A DNA stretch of 61,439 nt, filler included, from Chiloscyllium plagiosum (Eukaryota), in the NCBI RefSeq assembly GCF_004010195.1. It is 3 parts of one record of this genome, joined end to end, with 100 filler letters (N's around TTAATTAATTAA, not from the genome) between each part and the next. Parts side by side here need not be neighbours in the genome. Positions count along the whole stretch, not along the records: positions 40,427 to 61,439 come from NC_057714.1; 2 more parts are not named here. The stretch is one strand, 5' to 3'. The translations under genes were made by a program, and so were the position numbers. The notes below the pieces were generated by a model, which worked only from the letters and a program-made list of their open reading frames with translations, did no database searches and was not told the DNA's origin. Of the stretch, positions 49,158 through 61,253 are shown one piece after another. The first letter of the stretch is position 1. Every line of letters starts with the position of its first letter.

Positions 49158-49520
49158 GGAAGGTGATGGCCTAGTGGTATTTTTGCTGGACGGTTGATTC
49201 AGAGACCCAGGCAATGTTCTGGGGGACCTGGCTTTGAATCATGCCACAGCAGATGGTGGAATTTGACATCAATAAAAAAAAATCTGGAATGAAGAGTCTA
49301 ATGATGACTCTGAATCCATTGCCGGTTGTCAGAATAAACCATCTGGGTCACTAATGTCCTTTAGGGAAGGGAATTGCCATCCTTACCTGGTCTCACCTAC
49401 ATGTGACTCCAGACCCCCAGCAATGTGGTGGACTGTTAACTGTCCTCTGGGCAATTAGGAATGGGTAATAAATGCTGACCCAGCCAGTGACACTCACATC
49501 CCATGAATGAATAAAATAAA
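49158..49520 (+). mobile_element. Family B tRNA-SINE, best copy
   Basis: A box TGGCCTAGTGG, degenerate B box, tail gggcaattaggaatgggtaataaatgctg...gaatgaataaaa. Confidence 0.82.
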
Positions 49521-49819
49521 CACATCTAGCCAAGTTGTTCCTGTTCAATATAGCTGCAACACGGGCATCTATCCATCTATATAGAAATTGTCGATGTATG
49601 GCCTTCAAATCAGATAAATCCCATTCAGCCCATATCACTTCTTCATTCTATTCTCGATCATCAGCAAAACAATTGAAGGTGTCAACAATAAAATCCAGTG
49701 GCATCTAGTCAATTGTAATTTGAGTTCCACCAGGACTACTCAGCTCCAGACCTTATTACGCTGTTTGGCCGAACATAATTTATGCTTTCTGGGATGGGAT
49801 ATGGATGATAATCATTCAC

Positions 49820-50610
49820 TCAATCACAGAATGATGATAACGCAGAAGAAGGCCTGTCAGCTTCTTGTGTCTGCTCTCACTCTTTGAAGGAACAATTCAC
49901 TTGGTGCCACTCCTAGGCACCCTCCCTGTAATCCTGCATATTCCTCCTTCTCAAACGATATCCAATTACCTCTTACACATGTCAAATGCGTCCACCACAC
50001 TCTCAGGTGATTCATTTCAGATCCTAACCACTCACTATGAAAAAATGTTTCTCCTTATGTCTCCATCACTTCTTTTGCCAATTACCTTAAGTCTCTGCCC
50101 TCCTGTTCTCGATCCTTCTAAAAGTGGGAAGAGTGTATCCTTTTCCAAACTACCCAGACCACTCCTGGTTTTGAACACCTCTATCAAATCTCATCCCAAC
50201 TTCCTTTACTCCAAGGAAAACAGCACAAAGTATTCTAACCCACCTTCACAACTGAATTCCATCATCATTGGAGCCAAGTTCACTCATCTTTTCTCCACTC
50301 TCCCCAGTATGTCGCATCTTTTCTAAGGTCTAGTGCACAGAACTTGATGCATTACTTTAAATGGCCAATTAAGCCTTGAAAACTGTAAGATTTATTAAAC
50401 ATGTTGTCAACCTGCCTTCTGTCAGTGATTTTTATAAGTGTCCACCCAGGACATTTAGAATTGTATCCTTTAATTTATATTTTGTCACTATGTTCTTCTG
50501 ACCAAAATGAATCACTCCACACTTTTGTACATTAAATTTCATTGGCCAATTGTCCTTTTATTCCACCAACTGGTTTATTTCTCTTTTGAAGTCTATCATT
50601 ATCCTCTGAG
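49820..50610 (-). mobile_element. Old CR1 3' fragment
   Basis: Pyrimidine-rich antisense CR1 3' sequence (cctctatcaaatctc...ctccaaggaaaacag). Confidence 0.7.
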
Positions 50611-50614
50611 TCCT

Positions 50615-50965
50615 TGGGATGGCACAGTGGCCCAGTGCTGAGCACTGCTGCTTCACACTACCAGGGACTGATTCTGCCCTTGGGCAACTAAATGTGTGGC
50701 CTTTGCACATTCTCCCCGTGTCTGCATGGGTTTTCTTTGGGTTCTCTGGATTCTTCCCACAGGCCAAAGATGTGCAGGTTAGGTGAATTGGCCATGCTAA
50801 AATATCCATAGGGTCAAGGGATGTGTAGGTTAGATGGATCAGCCATGGGAAATGCAGGGATGTTGGGTAGGTGGGTGTAAGTCTGGGTAGGATGTTCTTC
50901 AGAGGGTTGGTGTGGACTTGATGGACCAAATGGCCTGCTTCCACATTGTAGGGATTCTATGAATT
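50615..50965 (+). mobile_element. HE1-type SINE, older subfamily
   Basis: Head, V core, tail ccacattgtagggattctatga. Confidence 0.85.
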
Positions 50966-51119
50966 GATCACAATTTTCATTTCACGACTGTCCTTTTCAC
51001 ACCGTGGGTTAGGCCAGAACTGTTTTGCAGCACTTTATCAAATGACTCCAATAAATCAGAAGAGTCCACTCACAAAATGGACTGTGGTCACATTTATGAA
51101 CACCAGAGTGTAAACTGTA

Positions 51120-51430
51120 TCTTGTGTTTACTTCAATGTAAAGCAATATCCCCAAGTCACGCCACAAAGTAGCAGTCCTCCAATATTATCATGGGAATGG
51201 ATGTTTTGGCGGCAGAACCAAACGCTTGGTCAAAGCAAGTGGTTTTGAAAAACAAAGGGGATTAGGAAAGAAATTCCAGAGAGTAGCACCTAAGCAGTGG
51301 AAGGCTGTGCCCCCTGCAGGAAGGTGAAAGGATAGTGGGGGGGTGGGTGGTGTGTGGGGAAGGGGATTTTGGGGCAGATTAAAAGCAAGAGATGCTTGTA
51401 CAGGTGGGATAGGGTGAGGGCAGTAGGAAC
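51120..51430 (-). mobile_element. L2-like LINE 3' relic
   Basis: ccaaacgcttggtcaaag...gaattccagagagtagcacctaagcagtggaaggc resembles recalled antisense L2 3' sequence. Confidence 0.5.
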
Positions 51431-52019
51431 ATATGAATTTATTCTATAACAAGTATGGCTTGTGCTTACACAATGCATCTTCTGTATTAAAATATTCTGT
51501 GGTAAAATCTAAGCGACACTAATAATAAAACATCATATGTTTAAAAATATGTTTGTACTTTGCAAACTGCACAGGGTAGTCCTTACGAGTCACAGGGAGC
51601 TGCTGTCCCAACACTGCAGTCATTTTCCGACCTGGGGTATATGACATTCCTCGCCAGTGGGTAAGACTAATGATAGAAATAAGGGGCAAGAGTAAGCCAT
51701 TTGGTCCTTCAAGCCTACTTCATCATTAATATGTCAGCTTCAATGTCAAATCCTGAATTTTCCCCATATTGCATGATGCTTTTAAATCTAAAGAATTACC
51801 TCTCTCTTTCTCGACTGTATTCAGTGACTTGATCTCCACAACCTTCTGTGGGAGAGAATTCCACAAGTTCACTCTCCTTGAGTGGAGAAAAGTTGCCTTA
51901 TCTCATCTAAATCATCTACTCTGATTTCTACGATTGTGTCCCCTGGTACTAGATTCCCCAGCCTGGGGAACATATTCTCCCTGCATCTAGTCTGTCCATC
52001 CCTGTTAGAATTTTATACA

Positions 52020-52145
52020 GGAGAAAGTGAGGTCTGCAGATGCTGGAGATCAGAGCTGAAGAAGGGCTTATGCCCGAAAGGTCGATTCTCCTGTTCCCTG
52101 GATGCTGCCTGACCTGCTGCGCTTTTCCAGCAACACATTTTCAGC
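52020..52145. mobile_element. Penelope-derived short element with inversion and hammerhead
   Basis: 14-bp TSD TAGAATTTTATACA at 52006-52019 and 52146-52159; sits in an old CR1 fragment. Confidence 0.88.
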
Positions 52146-53255
52146 TAGAATTTTATACACTTCAGTCAGACTCCATCTCATCCTCAAACTCTAGTGAGTT
52201 CAGATGAATTGAACATAATGATGTTATTGGCAACTATTTATTCATTGGCATCTCATTGCAGTATCCTGAAGATCTGTTAAAAACATACCCTTACACCCAA
52301 AGTACAAATTGTGAAGTGCTTTTAGAGAATGGATAAAGGCCACATAATGGGAGATACAAGTGAGCATGATGTTGCAGCAGCAAACACCAATACCTAAATG
52401 GAAGCCACCTAAGTCAGGATCGCCACATGATTAATCTTTAAAAGATATAATTATAAATTAAATAAAGGAAATCATACAAATAAAACTCAGAATGCATGAA
52501 TTTATAACCAACAAGGACAGGTACCATGAATAGATACATGGAAAACATTGTCGCAGTTTATAATGTTTTCTCATTCTCACTAGGTTTAAGACCTTTGTGG
52601 GAAAAAGCCATTTTATGCCACAAAAGCGTGCCCAAAAAGGCACTTTGCTTAAATCACCATTAAATTAAACTCCACAGTGACCAAAAATAAGGTGCACTTT
52701 TGGCTGTTCAAAATCTGAATTATGTTAACTGCCTTGTGAATATACAATGTTGTACCGTTGGCTCTGATTTAACACAATAGTTCTGTTCTCGTGCTATAAG
52801 AAGATCTCAGAATAGCCACGTCATTTAAAATAATGGGGCCGGAATCACATTATAGCCAATACAGGTAAGGAAAGTGCACGTTCTACAAATAATGGTGTAA
52901 AGTCTTCAATCTGGGAAAAGTCGATTTGTGTTGACGAAACAAGTGTTGTAGCAGAATCAGTTGTATTATAACTCTGACCAGTATCAATAAAGCAGCTTGC
53001 ACCTTAACTGTTAGCGGAATGGAGTGATAGAACTCTCACCTGGTAAAGAATTCACCAAAAGCTACTTCCCATCATTTCCAATGGGGTGAAAATGGGCAAA
53101 GTTCAATACCAGACAATTGCATTTTAATCAGAAATTAAAGAGCAAGCATTGATATTCTGTTTGCCAAATCTACTCTGTCAATCAATAAAATTCTGCCTCA
53201 ATAAGTTCTCCCTCAACTCCACCAATGTGCACCATCTTAGGGTCCCTGGATACCC

Positions 53256-53404
53256 TTGAGGAGAAAGTGAGGACTGCAGATGCTGGAGATCAGAGCTGAA
53301 AATGTATTGCTGGAAAAGCGCAGCAGGTCAGGCAGCATCCAAGGAGCAGGAGAATCGACGTTTCGGGCATGAGCCCTTCTTCAGGATTCCAGCAACACAT
53401 TTTC
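53256..53404 (-). mobile_element. Penelope-derived short element with an intact hammerhead
   Basis: 14-bp TSD GTCCCTGGATACCC at 53242-53255 and 53405-53418. Confidence 0.9.
53352..53389 (-). ncRNA. Minimal type I hammerhead ribozyme motif
   Basis: GAATC-CTGAAGA-A-GGGC-TCAT-GCCC-GAAAC-GTC-GATTC; perfect 5-bp stem I. Confidence 0.82.
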
Positions 53405-54374
53405 GTCCCTGGATACCCCTCAGGTAGAATCATAGGTTAGTTATAGCACAGAATGAGGCTATTTGGTCCATTGTATCTGTACTGGATCTCTATATGAACA
53501 ATCCACCTTATCACACTTCATACCTTTTCCCTTAAGCTTCTTTAGAGACCACAATTGAAATTGCCCCCCGTCCACACCAGGGAGCATATTCCTCGCCCTA
53601 ACCAATCACTGAGTCAAAAGTATTTCCCTCATATGGCCATTGATTTTATATACTAAACACCTTCTAACAGTGCCTTCTGGTTCTCATCTTTTCACCAATG
53701 GAATACTTTCTCTCTACCTATTCAGTCTAGACCCAAAAAAATCTATCAATCTCAGTCATGAATGTGCTCAATAAATGAGAATGTAAAGGCCTCTAGGCTA
53801 GAGCATATTTAATCCTGAATAAAGAACTTACTCCTTATCTCAGTCCTCTTTTTGGCTGACCTTTTTTTTGGCAAAGACCATGACCCTTGGTTCTAGTCGC
53901 TCCAGCTAGAGGAAACAGCTTTTCAGTATCTGGCCTGTCTGGCCTCTTTAAGAGTTGCTGTCTATGTCTCAATTTGATTATGTCTACCCTTCTGAACTGT
54001 AGGGGACTCTATACATCCAGTGTCCTCAATCTCTCCTCAGTGGATATCCCCACCATTCTAGGAATTAGTCCAGTGAACTTTTACTGCACTCCCATTCAAA
54101 CAAGTGTGTTATTCATTACGCGAGGGAACCACAACTGTACGCAGTATTCCAAGTGTGATCTCACCAAAGCTCTGAATTGTGGTAAGACCTTTTTTTAATT
54201 CTTAAGCTCCACTCATTTGCTTTCATCACCTGTAACTGAATGTTAACTTTGAGTGATTCACAGAGAATCACCCAGTGCCTCTGAATGCCAACATTTCACA
54301 GACCTTTAAAAATCATTTTATGTTTCTCATTTTCCTTTAAAAGTGGACACTTCATACTTACCCACATTGTATTC

Positions 54375-54692
54375 CACGGTGGCTCAGTGGTTAGCACTGC
54401 TGCCTCACAGCACTAGGGACTTAGGTTCGATTCCTGCCTGTCTGTGTGGAGTTTGCACATTCTCCCTGTGTCTGCGTGGGTTTCCTCTGGGTGCTCCAGC
54501 TTCCTCCCACAATCCAAAGATGTGCAGGTCAGGTGAATTGGTCACGCTAAATTGCCCACAGTGTTATGTGTGTTAGTCAGGGGTAAATATAGGGGAGGGG
54601 AATGGGTTTGGGTGGGTTTCTCTTCGGAGGGGCGGTGTGGACTTGTTGGGCCATAGGGCCTGTTTCCACACTGTAGAGAATCTAATCTAATC
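54375..54692 (+). mobile_element. HE1-type V-SINE within an old CR1 relic
   Basis: A/B boxes, V core, (AATCT)n tail; gtattc on both flanks. Confidence 0.9.
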
Positions 54693-54749
54693 CCGTATTC
54701 TTTTCCTGTGATTTTCTCTACATCCACTTGTATCCTTTTTCCATCCTTC

Positions 54750-54862
54750 TTACTGGTGTAGTAGTAGTGTCCTTAACTCTGAACCAGAAGGCCGGGGTTC
54801 AAGTCCCAGCTGCTTCACAGCGACATTGTAATGCATCTGAATGGATTGATTAAAAATATCTA
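54750..54862 (+). mobile_element. Short tRNA-derived SINE (related copy on minus at about 42800-42915)
   Basis: tggtgtagtagtagtgtcc...ggttcaagtccc A/B boxes. Confidence 0.55.
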
Positions 54863-55529
54863 CTTTCTGACCCAACTTTGTATCACCAAAGATACTTGAC
54901 ATGCAGTCCCCTCAGCTAATTGAAGTAGGTTGTAAATAGTTGAGGTCCAAACATGATCTAGCTGGGCTTTTTCGCTTTGAAACAAAGTAGTAAGAAACTC
55001 TGATCACATTGAAAAAGTGCTTGGATATGCACTTGAGGAGCCAGTACTACTGACTATGGACCAGGGCCTGGAATGTAAGATTAATATAGATAATCTTCTT
55101 CAGCTACTATAGATAAGATGAGCTAAGTGACCTCCTTCTGTCCCATAAATCTCTAACTTTGAATTATTACATCCTGTCGTTAAGCTGCAAATTGCAACAG
55201 AAACACTTGTTCTACAGACATCTTAAAATGAAACCAATACCTGAATTCATTTTAACACTACTGCATACATTCAGCCCCAAATCGGGTTGCAAGATGTATA
55301 GCTGGGTGTTACAGAAACCTCATAATCTAAGTCCACTTACAGGCTTATATACAGAATAGGAGCCCGATATTAGCTGTTGAACAACTTTTAGGTAATGAAA
55401 ACAATATAAACATTGAAACTCTTCTGTTAGAAAGGCATCCTCTAAGTTGAGGGTCATACTTGTGTTATATTTTGTTCTCCCCTTGACTGCTTTGCTGACT
55501 CATAGAGATCTCCTTAGCGAATCATATTT

Positions 55530-55840
55530 TAGAGTCATACAACAGGAAACAGACCCTCCGGTCCAACAAGTCCATGAAAACCAACATCCCAAACTAAACT
55601 ACTCACACCTGCCTGCGCTTGGTCCATTTCCCTCCAAATACTTCTCATTCATGTATCTATGCAAATGTCTTTTAAACATTGTAACTGTATCCCCATCCAC
55701 CACATCCTCTAAAAGTTCATTCCACGTACAAGCCGTTCTCTGTGTAAAGATATCCTTTTAAAATCTTTGTCCTCTGAGCTTATAAACTTGACCCTCAGTC
55801 TTGAAATCCCACACCCTCAGGAAAAGAGACCTGCCATTGA
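55530..55840 (-). mobile_element. CR1 3' end fragment
   Basis: gagtcatacaacaggaaacagaccctccggtccaac, the CR1 tail pattern. Confidence 0.8.
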
Positions 55841-57064
55841 CTGCTTACAAAATATCATCACTGGAAGCCAGTGATTCCCACAAACAAACAGAACTGTTTT
55901 CAATTTTGAATGAAGACCAATTCTTCTTTCAATCACAGTTACAGATAGTTTAAAGAAATATGGTTTGTCTTAATTAACTGCAATCATAGAGTCAAAGCAA
56001 ACTACAGTGTGATAATTCTGGCAAAGTTAAGCACCATGGTTGGGATATCAACACACTTCCATTTTGGAAAATATCCATGAGTGTATCCAAGTCAAATAAA
56101 TTAATTGGAGCAATCTGTTTCTTGCATCTCAAATTTGGAATACAAAAGACTGAAATATATTAAGAAGATGTGCAATATTTGCATTACAATCTCAACATCT
56201 CAACCAAGGGTGAATTCAGCGAATAATAAACCCAGTGGCCCACTACAGTATTTGTTATGGCTTCTGAAGGATGTTTTTCCTATCACAAACAACAAGAGTG
56301 CTTTAGGCTATTTTGCCTCATTCTCAAATATATCCATTTTAACCACTTCAGTTCATTTCACTGGTGGTCTCTCATCAATTTAGAACAATTGTGGCTAGGC
56401 ATCAAAACACAAATTGTTTTCCAACATGCGCACTGAAATGAGTCCCAGTAAATGCTTGTGTGAGCAGTGAGATCTAATTGTGGCCAGAGTTACATTAATA
56501 TTCAAGTTTAATTTTATTTGAGTAGTTGTGGTGTGTTTCATTTGCAGCTTGCAGTGCGGTAGACCAGCACTTCCCAGCTCTGCGATCTCTACTACTGAGC
56601 AGGATATGAGCAACAGTATCACAGCAACTCTGTCAGTAGCAAGTTCCCTGCCCCTTGAGGCTGTTGTAGCATTCACTACATCATTCACTATCCCTCCATC
56701 AGCCTCTATATTGAGCTTAGTATTTCTTGCCTGACAAAAACATACAAATCTCAGTCTTGAAATTTGCAATTGAGCTGGTTTTAGCAGGTTTTTGGGGGAG
56801 AGCATTCGAAATTTATACTCCCCTTTCAGTTAAAGATCTTCTTGATAAATGCTGAGAGAATGTTTCTTGGGGTAATAGAATCATTGAAAATAGGAGTGAC
56901 AGTATTTCATTCAGCCCATTGATTCGGTTCCACCGTTCAGTGCGATCTCGACCTCAACACTATACTCTCACAGTCTAGTTATCTTTGCTGATTAGAAATT
57001 TACCTTTCTTTCTTAAGCAGCAGTCACTCAGAGGAGGAAGAGAATGGATGGAGTTGACGCTGAG

Positions 57065-57237
57065 TCAAGATTAGAGTGGTGCTGAAAAAGCACAGCAGGT
57101 CAGGCAACATCCGAGGAGCAGGAAAATCAACGTTTCAGGCAAAAGCCCATCATCAGGATGCTGCCTGACCTGCTGTCCTTTTCCAGCACCACTCTAATCT
57201 TGACTCTGATCTCTAGCATCTGCAGTCCTCACTTTCG
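57065..57237. mobile_element. Penelope-derived inverted short element
   Basis: 16-bp TSD TGGAGTTGAC(G/T)CTGAG at 57049-57064 and 57238-57253; degenerate minus-strand hammerhead. Confidence 0.88.
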
Positions 57238-58660
57238 TGGAGTTGACTCTGAGCAGAGAGTGGAGGACGATGAACAGCTGAATGGCAGGAACTCTCGCTG
57301 AGGTAGCCTTCTCTTATCACTTCCTGGGAAGAGAAACTTCCATGTCACCTTTGCAGGTTAGATCCAGGTCAACATGAATGAAGCAAAGCCTCAGAAGTAA
57401 GTCTTCATCTCCTCTCTTCTCAGTGGACAGCAATCCTATCTATCACCAGGGATCAGCCTGTGAAAATCCGAACTATAAACATTGTCTCCTCACAGGGTTT
57501 CTGACACAGGCCTGGCTTCTTTTTCCCACTCCTGTCACACAATTTCTCCCTCTGAAGTCTACACTCGTTGCCTGTCTTTAATTGACCTGACAAATAAATA
57601 ATTTGCTAAATTATTTCAGCATCCACATGAAAAGCCAAACTCAAAAATCATGAACCTTCACATTGCCAGGCAATATTTAAAAATACATGTATTTAGAGCA
57701 TCCATTAAAGATCCAATTGTTCCTTCAACTTCTGCAGAAAGAAAAGACCAATCAATCAAGATGATTATTCTCAACACTAAACCTTCGAGGTTCTAATGAA
57801 GTATTTTCTCCCACAATCCTTCTAAACAGAATTTAAGTTTCTTGGATCTTAGAAAGATTCTTAGAAGGGTATATTTTCCAACCAAGACTGTTCCAGTAAA
57901 AATATTTAGCTCACTTGCACTAAATCTCTCTGTGCACGTTTTTAATGCAGGTGTTAACCCATTTATTTTTGTAGGCCTATGTCAAGCGTTTACATGGGAA
58001 TGGTACCAGTTTGAAAATATATAATTGCAAAATATATTGCCTTTAATGCTAACTTTGCTTTTGCAATAGGGCTGTCACTCAATGATTATCAAACCAAGTG
58101 TATTATTTTTACAATTCTGTTAGATCAATATACAATATCACAGAAACTAATTGCTGCAGACAGCTCAAATGCACCTTGTACCCACCATGTAGTCTTGAGA
58201 TGTAACTTAAGAGTGTTAATCATAGAGTTTTCTAAGGTTTTGACATTTTACAATTTGTCTTTCAAGTAAACTGGCCCAAATCACACCCTGGAGTAAAAAA
58301 TATATTAGTTTAATTAATTCTTGGTCAAAAAACTATTTGCTAAATTACCGTAGAAGGACTGCTTCTGGCTTTCATTTAGATCAGAGGAAGAAGCAACATC
58401 CCTTTTAACCATTTTGGTTTGCAGGAATGTAAACATCAGCATGCTGAAAAAGAAAATCTGTACTTGTGTTCGAGATGCATTGGTCGGTTGGTCAAATTTT
58501 GAAAGACAAGCTTTCCAACTGGTGTCCTTTTTCCAAAACAAATAAGTCATCAATTCTTGTGCCTCAAATGAAATTTCTAAATTAGGAACAAAGTATTTCA
58601 GTTTTTGCATACAACTGACTGCAGGAAACATCATTCTCAGAAATCAAAGAAAACTTTTTT

Positions 58661-58962
58661 TTAGATTAGATTACTTCCAGTGTGGAAACAGGCCCTTCAG
58701 CCCAACAAGTCCACACCGCCCCGCTGAAGCGCAACCCACCCATACATTTACCCCTTACCTAACACTATGGGCAATTTAGCATGGCCAATTCACCTGACCT
58801 GCACATCTTTGGACTGTGGGAGGAAACCGGAGCACCCGGAGGAAACCCACGCAGACACGGGGAGAACGTGCAAACTCCACACAGTCAGTCGCCTGAGGCG
58901 GGAATTGAACCCGGGTCTCTGGCGCTGTGAGGCAGCAATGCTAACCACTGTGCCACCGTGCA
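58661..58962 (-). mobile_element. HE1-type V-SINE, young
   Basis: CpG-rich, near-consensus copy. Confidence 0.92.
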
Positions 58963-59539
58963 CAGTGAATTGGATAGCACGCTGCATTGGAATCAGATCA
59001 GTATTGTAGCTGTTCTGTCAGACCACACCAGGGTGTCCTTGGTGAAGGAAGAATTTGGCCAAACTCATATGTCGCCCCAGTTTTGTAAACGAGTTCTTCA
59101 ACCTAAAAAAGTAATTAGCAACAACGATTTTGGGTTCAGAAGACACACAAAGGCCTGAATTTTCCCACTTCCAGTTGAAATTTTGCTGAATGAAATTTCA
59201 TGGCAGCTAGTTTGCCAAAGCTCATAGTGAATTTTCTCACAGAACCTGCAAATCTTCCACCTCATTAATTATCTACCAGATATAGTGGCATGGATTTGCG
59301 TGGCAAAATGCAGTAAAACTCTTGCAATGGCCAGAACTTCTTGGTGTTCACGCCACTGACATTATATTGAAAGCGACTTTGTAATACTAAAAAATTTTAA
59401 AAATTAGAACAGATAGAATAAAATAATTCCAAGTAAGAGTAATAATGAATCACATTAAGAAGGAATGGAACAGAAACAATATTTCTTTGAAGATTTGATG
59501 TCTAAGATCAGCCAAGTAGAACACATCATTGGAGAAACA

Positions 59540-60320
59540 TTGTTTTAAGATACTGAATTGTTTCCAAGCTAGAAACTAAGTCTGAAACTGAAAAAGTCAA
59601 CTCACTTTTATATTCAATTTGGGCCACAGCTGATGATGTTATGGCTTGCCACTGCATGAAATAAAGTATGTAAGTGTTTAATGAAGTTTGATAAGCTTTT
59701 GGCAACCACTTTCATCTTAGACAAATACATTTCTTGACAGAGCAAGATTTAACAGAAGAATTCAGGACCATAGGGAATCCATAGATAATTTCATCAACAA
59801 CTGTTACAGATTGGCAGAGAAATCTGACTATGGAACTCTGAAATCAAAATTTGTAAGAGACAGAATAATTGTTAGTATTACAGATGTGTCTCTCAGATTT
59901 ATTAAAATCCAAAGTAGATTTGACTTTGGAGAAAGCATTTCGGATGATGCTAGAAGCAGGAATCAGAAAGAGCCGCAGAGAAATACTATGAGGAGAAGAA
60001 TGCCAAACTTATCTCAAGAAAACAAAAGCAATGCATTTAGTTTGTAAGGCACAAAATCTCTAAGGAGACATTAAAAAGCAAGTACAGGGAGTAGGTCAGA
60101 CAGCGAATACCAAGATTCAGGGTTAGCACTATTGAGCAAGGAAACTTGCAGACATCAATAATGGGCAGTATTAGAAAATAATGCTTTACCTATAAAATGA
60201 TAGGTCACTTCCAACTGATGCATAGATTTAAGACACAAAACCTCAAATAGCTATTCACACAGATGATGGTGAAGTAGAGTAACAGAACAGAGGAGAACCT
60301 AAATGTGTTTCTGGCGAAAC
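59540..60320 (+). mobile_element. Degenerate Gypsy-type gag relic
   Basis: ORF 59811 LAEKSDYGTLKSKFVRDRIIVSI matches the L-A-x-x-C-x-Y/F-G...IRDR-I-V-x-G-I gag motif; VNSLLY-like segment upstream. Confidence 0.6.
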
Positions 60321-60382
60321 TATCATAGGTTTAGTTAAGTGTGTACAAGACAATTTCCTGATTCACCTACTAGAGAAGGTGC

Positions 60383-60519
60383 CTCTATTCCTGATGAAAG
60401 GCTTTTGCCTGAAACGTCGATTTTCCTGCTCCTCGGATGCTGCCTGACCTGCTGTGCTTTCCCAGCACCACGCTAATCTAGACGCTGGTTTCCAGCATCT
60501 GCAGTCCTTGTTTTTACCT
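60383..60519 (+). mobile_element. Penelope-derived short element with hammerhead (60387-60422)
   Basis: ATTC-CTGATGA-A-AGGC-TTTT-GCCT-GAAAC-GTC-GATT; short aaggt(g/a)c duplication. Confidence 0.85.
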
Positions 60520-61102
60520 AAGGTACAAAACTTGACCTACTCTTGGGAAATAAGGCAGGTGATTGAGGTGTCAGTGGGGGGAGCACTTTGGGGCCAGCGA
60601 CCAGAATTCTATTAGTTTTAAAATAGTGATGGAAAAGGATAGACCAGATCTAAAAGTTGAAGTTCTAAATTGGAGAAAGGCCAATTTTGATGGTATAAGG
60701 CAAGAACTTTCGAAAGCTGATTGGAGGCAGATGTTCACAGGCAAAAGGACGGCTGGAAAATGGGAAGCCTTCAGAAATGAGATAACAAGAATCCAGAGAA
60801 AGTATATTCCTGCCAGGGTGAAAGGGAAGGCTAATAGGTGTAGGAAATGCTGCATGTCTAAAGAAATTGAAGGTTTGGTTAAGAAAAAGAAGGAAACATA
60901 TGTAAAGTATAGACAGGATAGATTGAGTGAATCCTTAGAAGAATATAAAGAAAGTAGGAGTTTAATTAAGAGGGAAATCAGGAGGGCAAAAAGGGGACAT
61001 GTGATAGCTTTGGCAAATAGAATTAAGGAGAATCCAAAGAGTTTTTACAAATATATTAAGGACAAAAGTGTAACTAGGGAGAGAATAGGACCCCTCAAAG
61101 AT

Positions 61103-61253
61103 TAGCTGGGTAAAAACAATGACTGCAGATGCTTGAAACCAGATTCTAGATTAAAGTGGTGCTGGAAAAGCACAGCAGTTCAGGCAGCATCCGAGGAGCA
61201 GGAAAATCGACATTTCGGGCAAAAGCCCTTCATCAGGAATAGAGCTCAAAGAT
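61103..61253 (-). mobile_element. Penelope-derived short element with hammerhead (about 61205-61240)
   Basis: ATTC-CTGATGA-A-GGGC-TTTT-GCCC-GAAAT-GTC; TSD CCCCTCAAAGAT at 61091-61102 and 61254-61265. Confidence 0.87.

Noticed and set aside
57358..57409. Short plus-strand segment between ttgcag and gtaagt
   Set aside because: Stops in all three frames from the acceptor; splice-like pairs occur by chance
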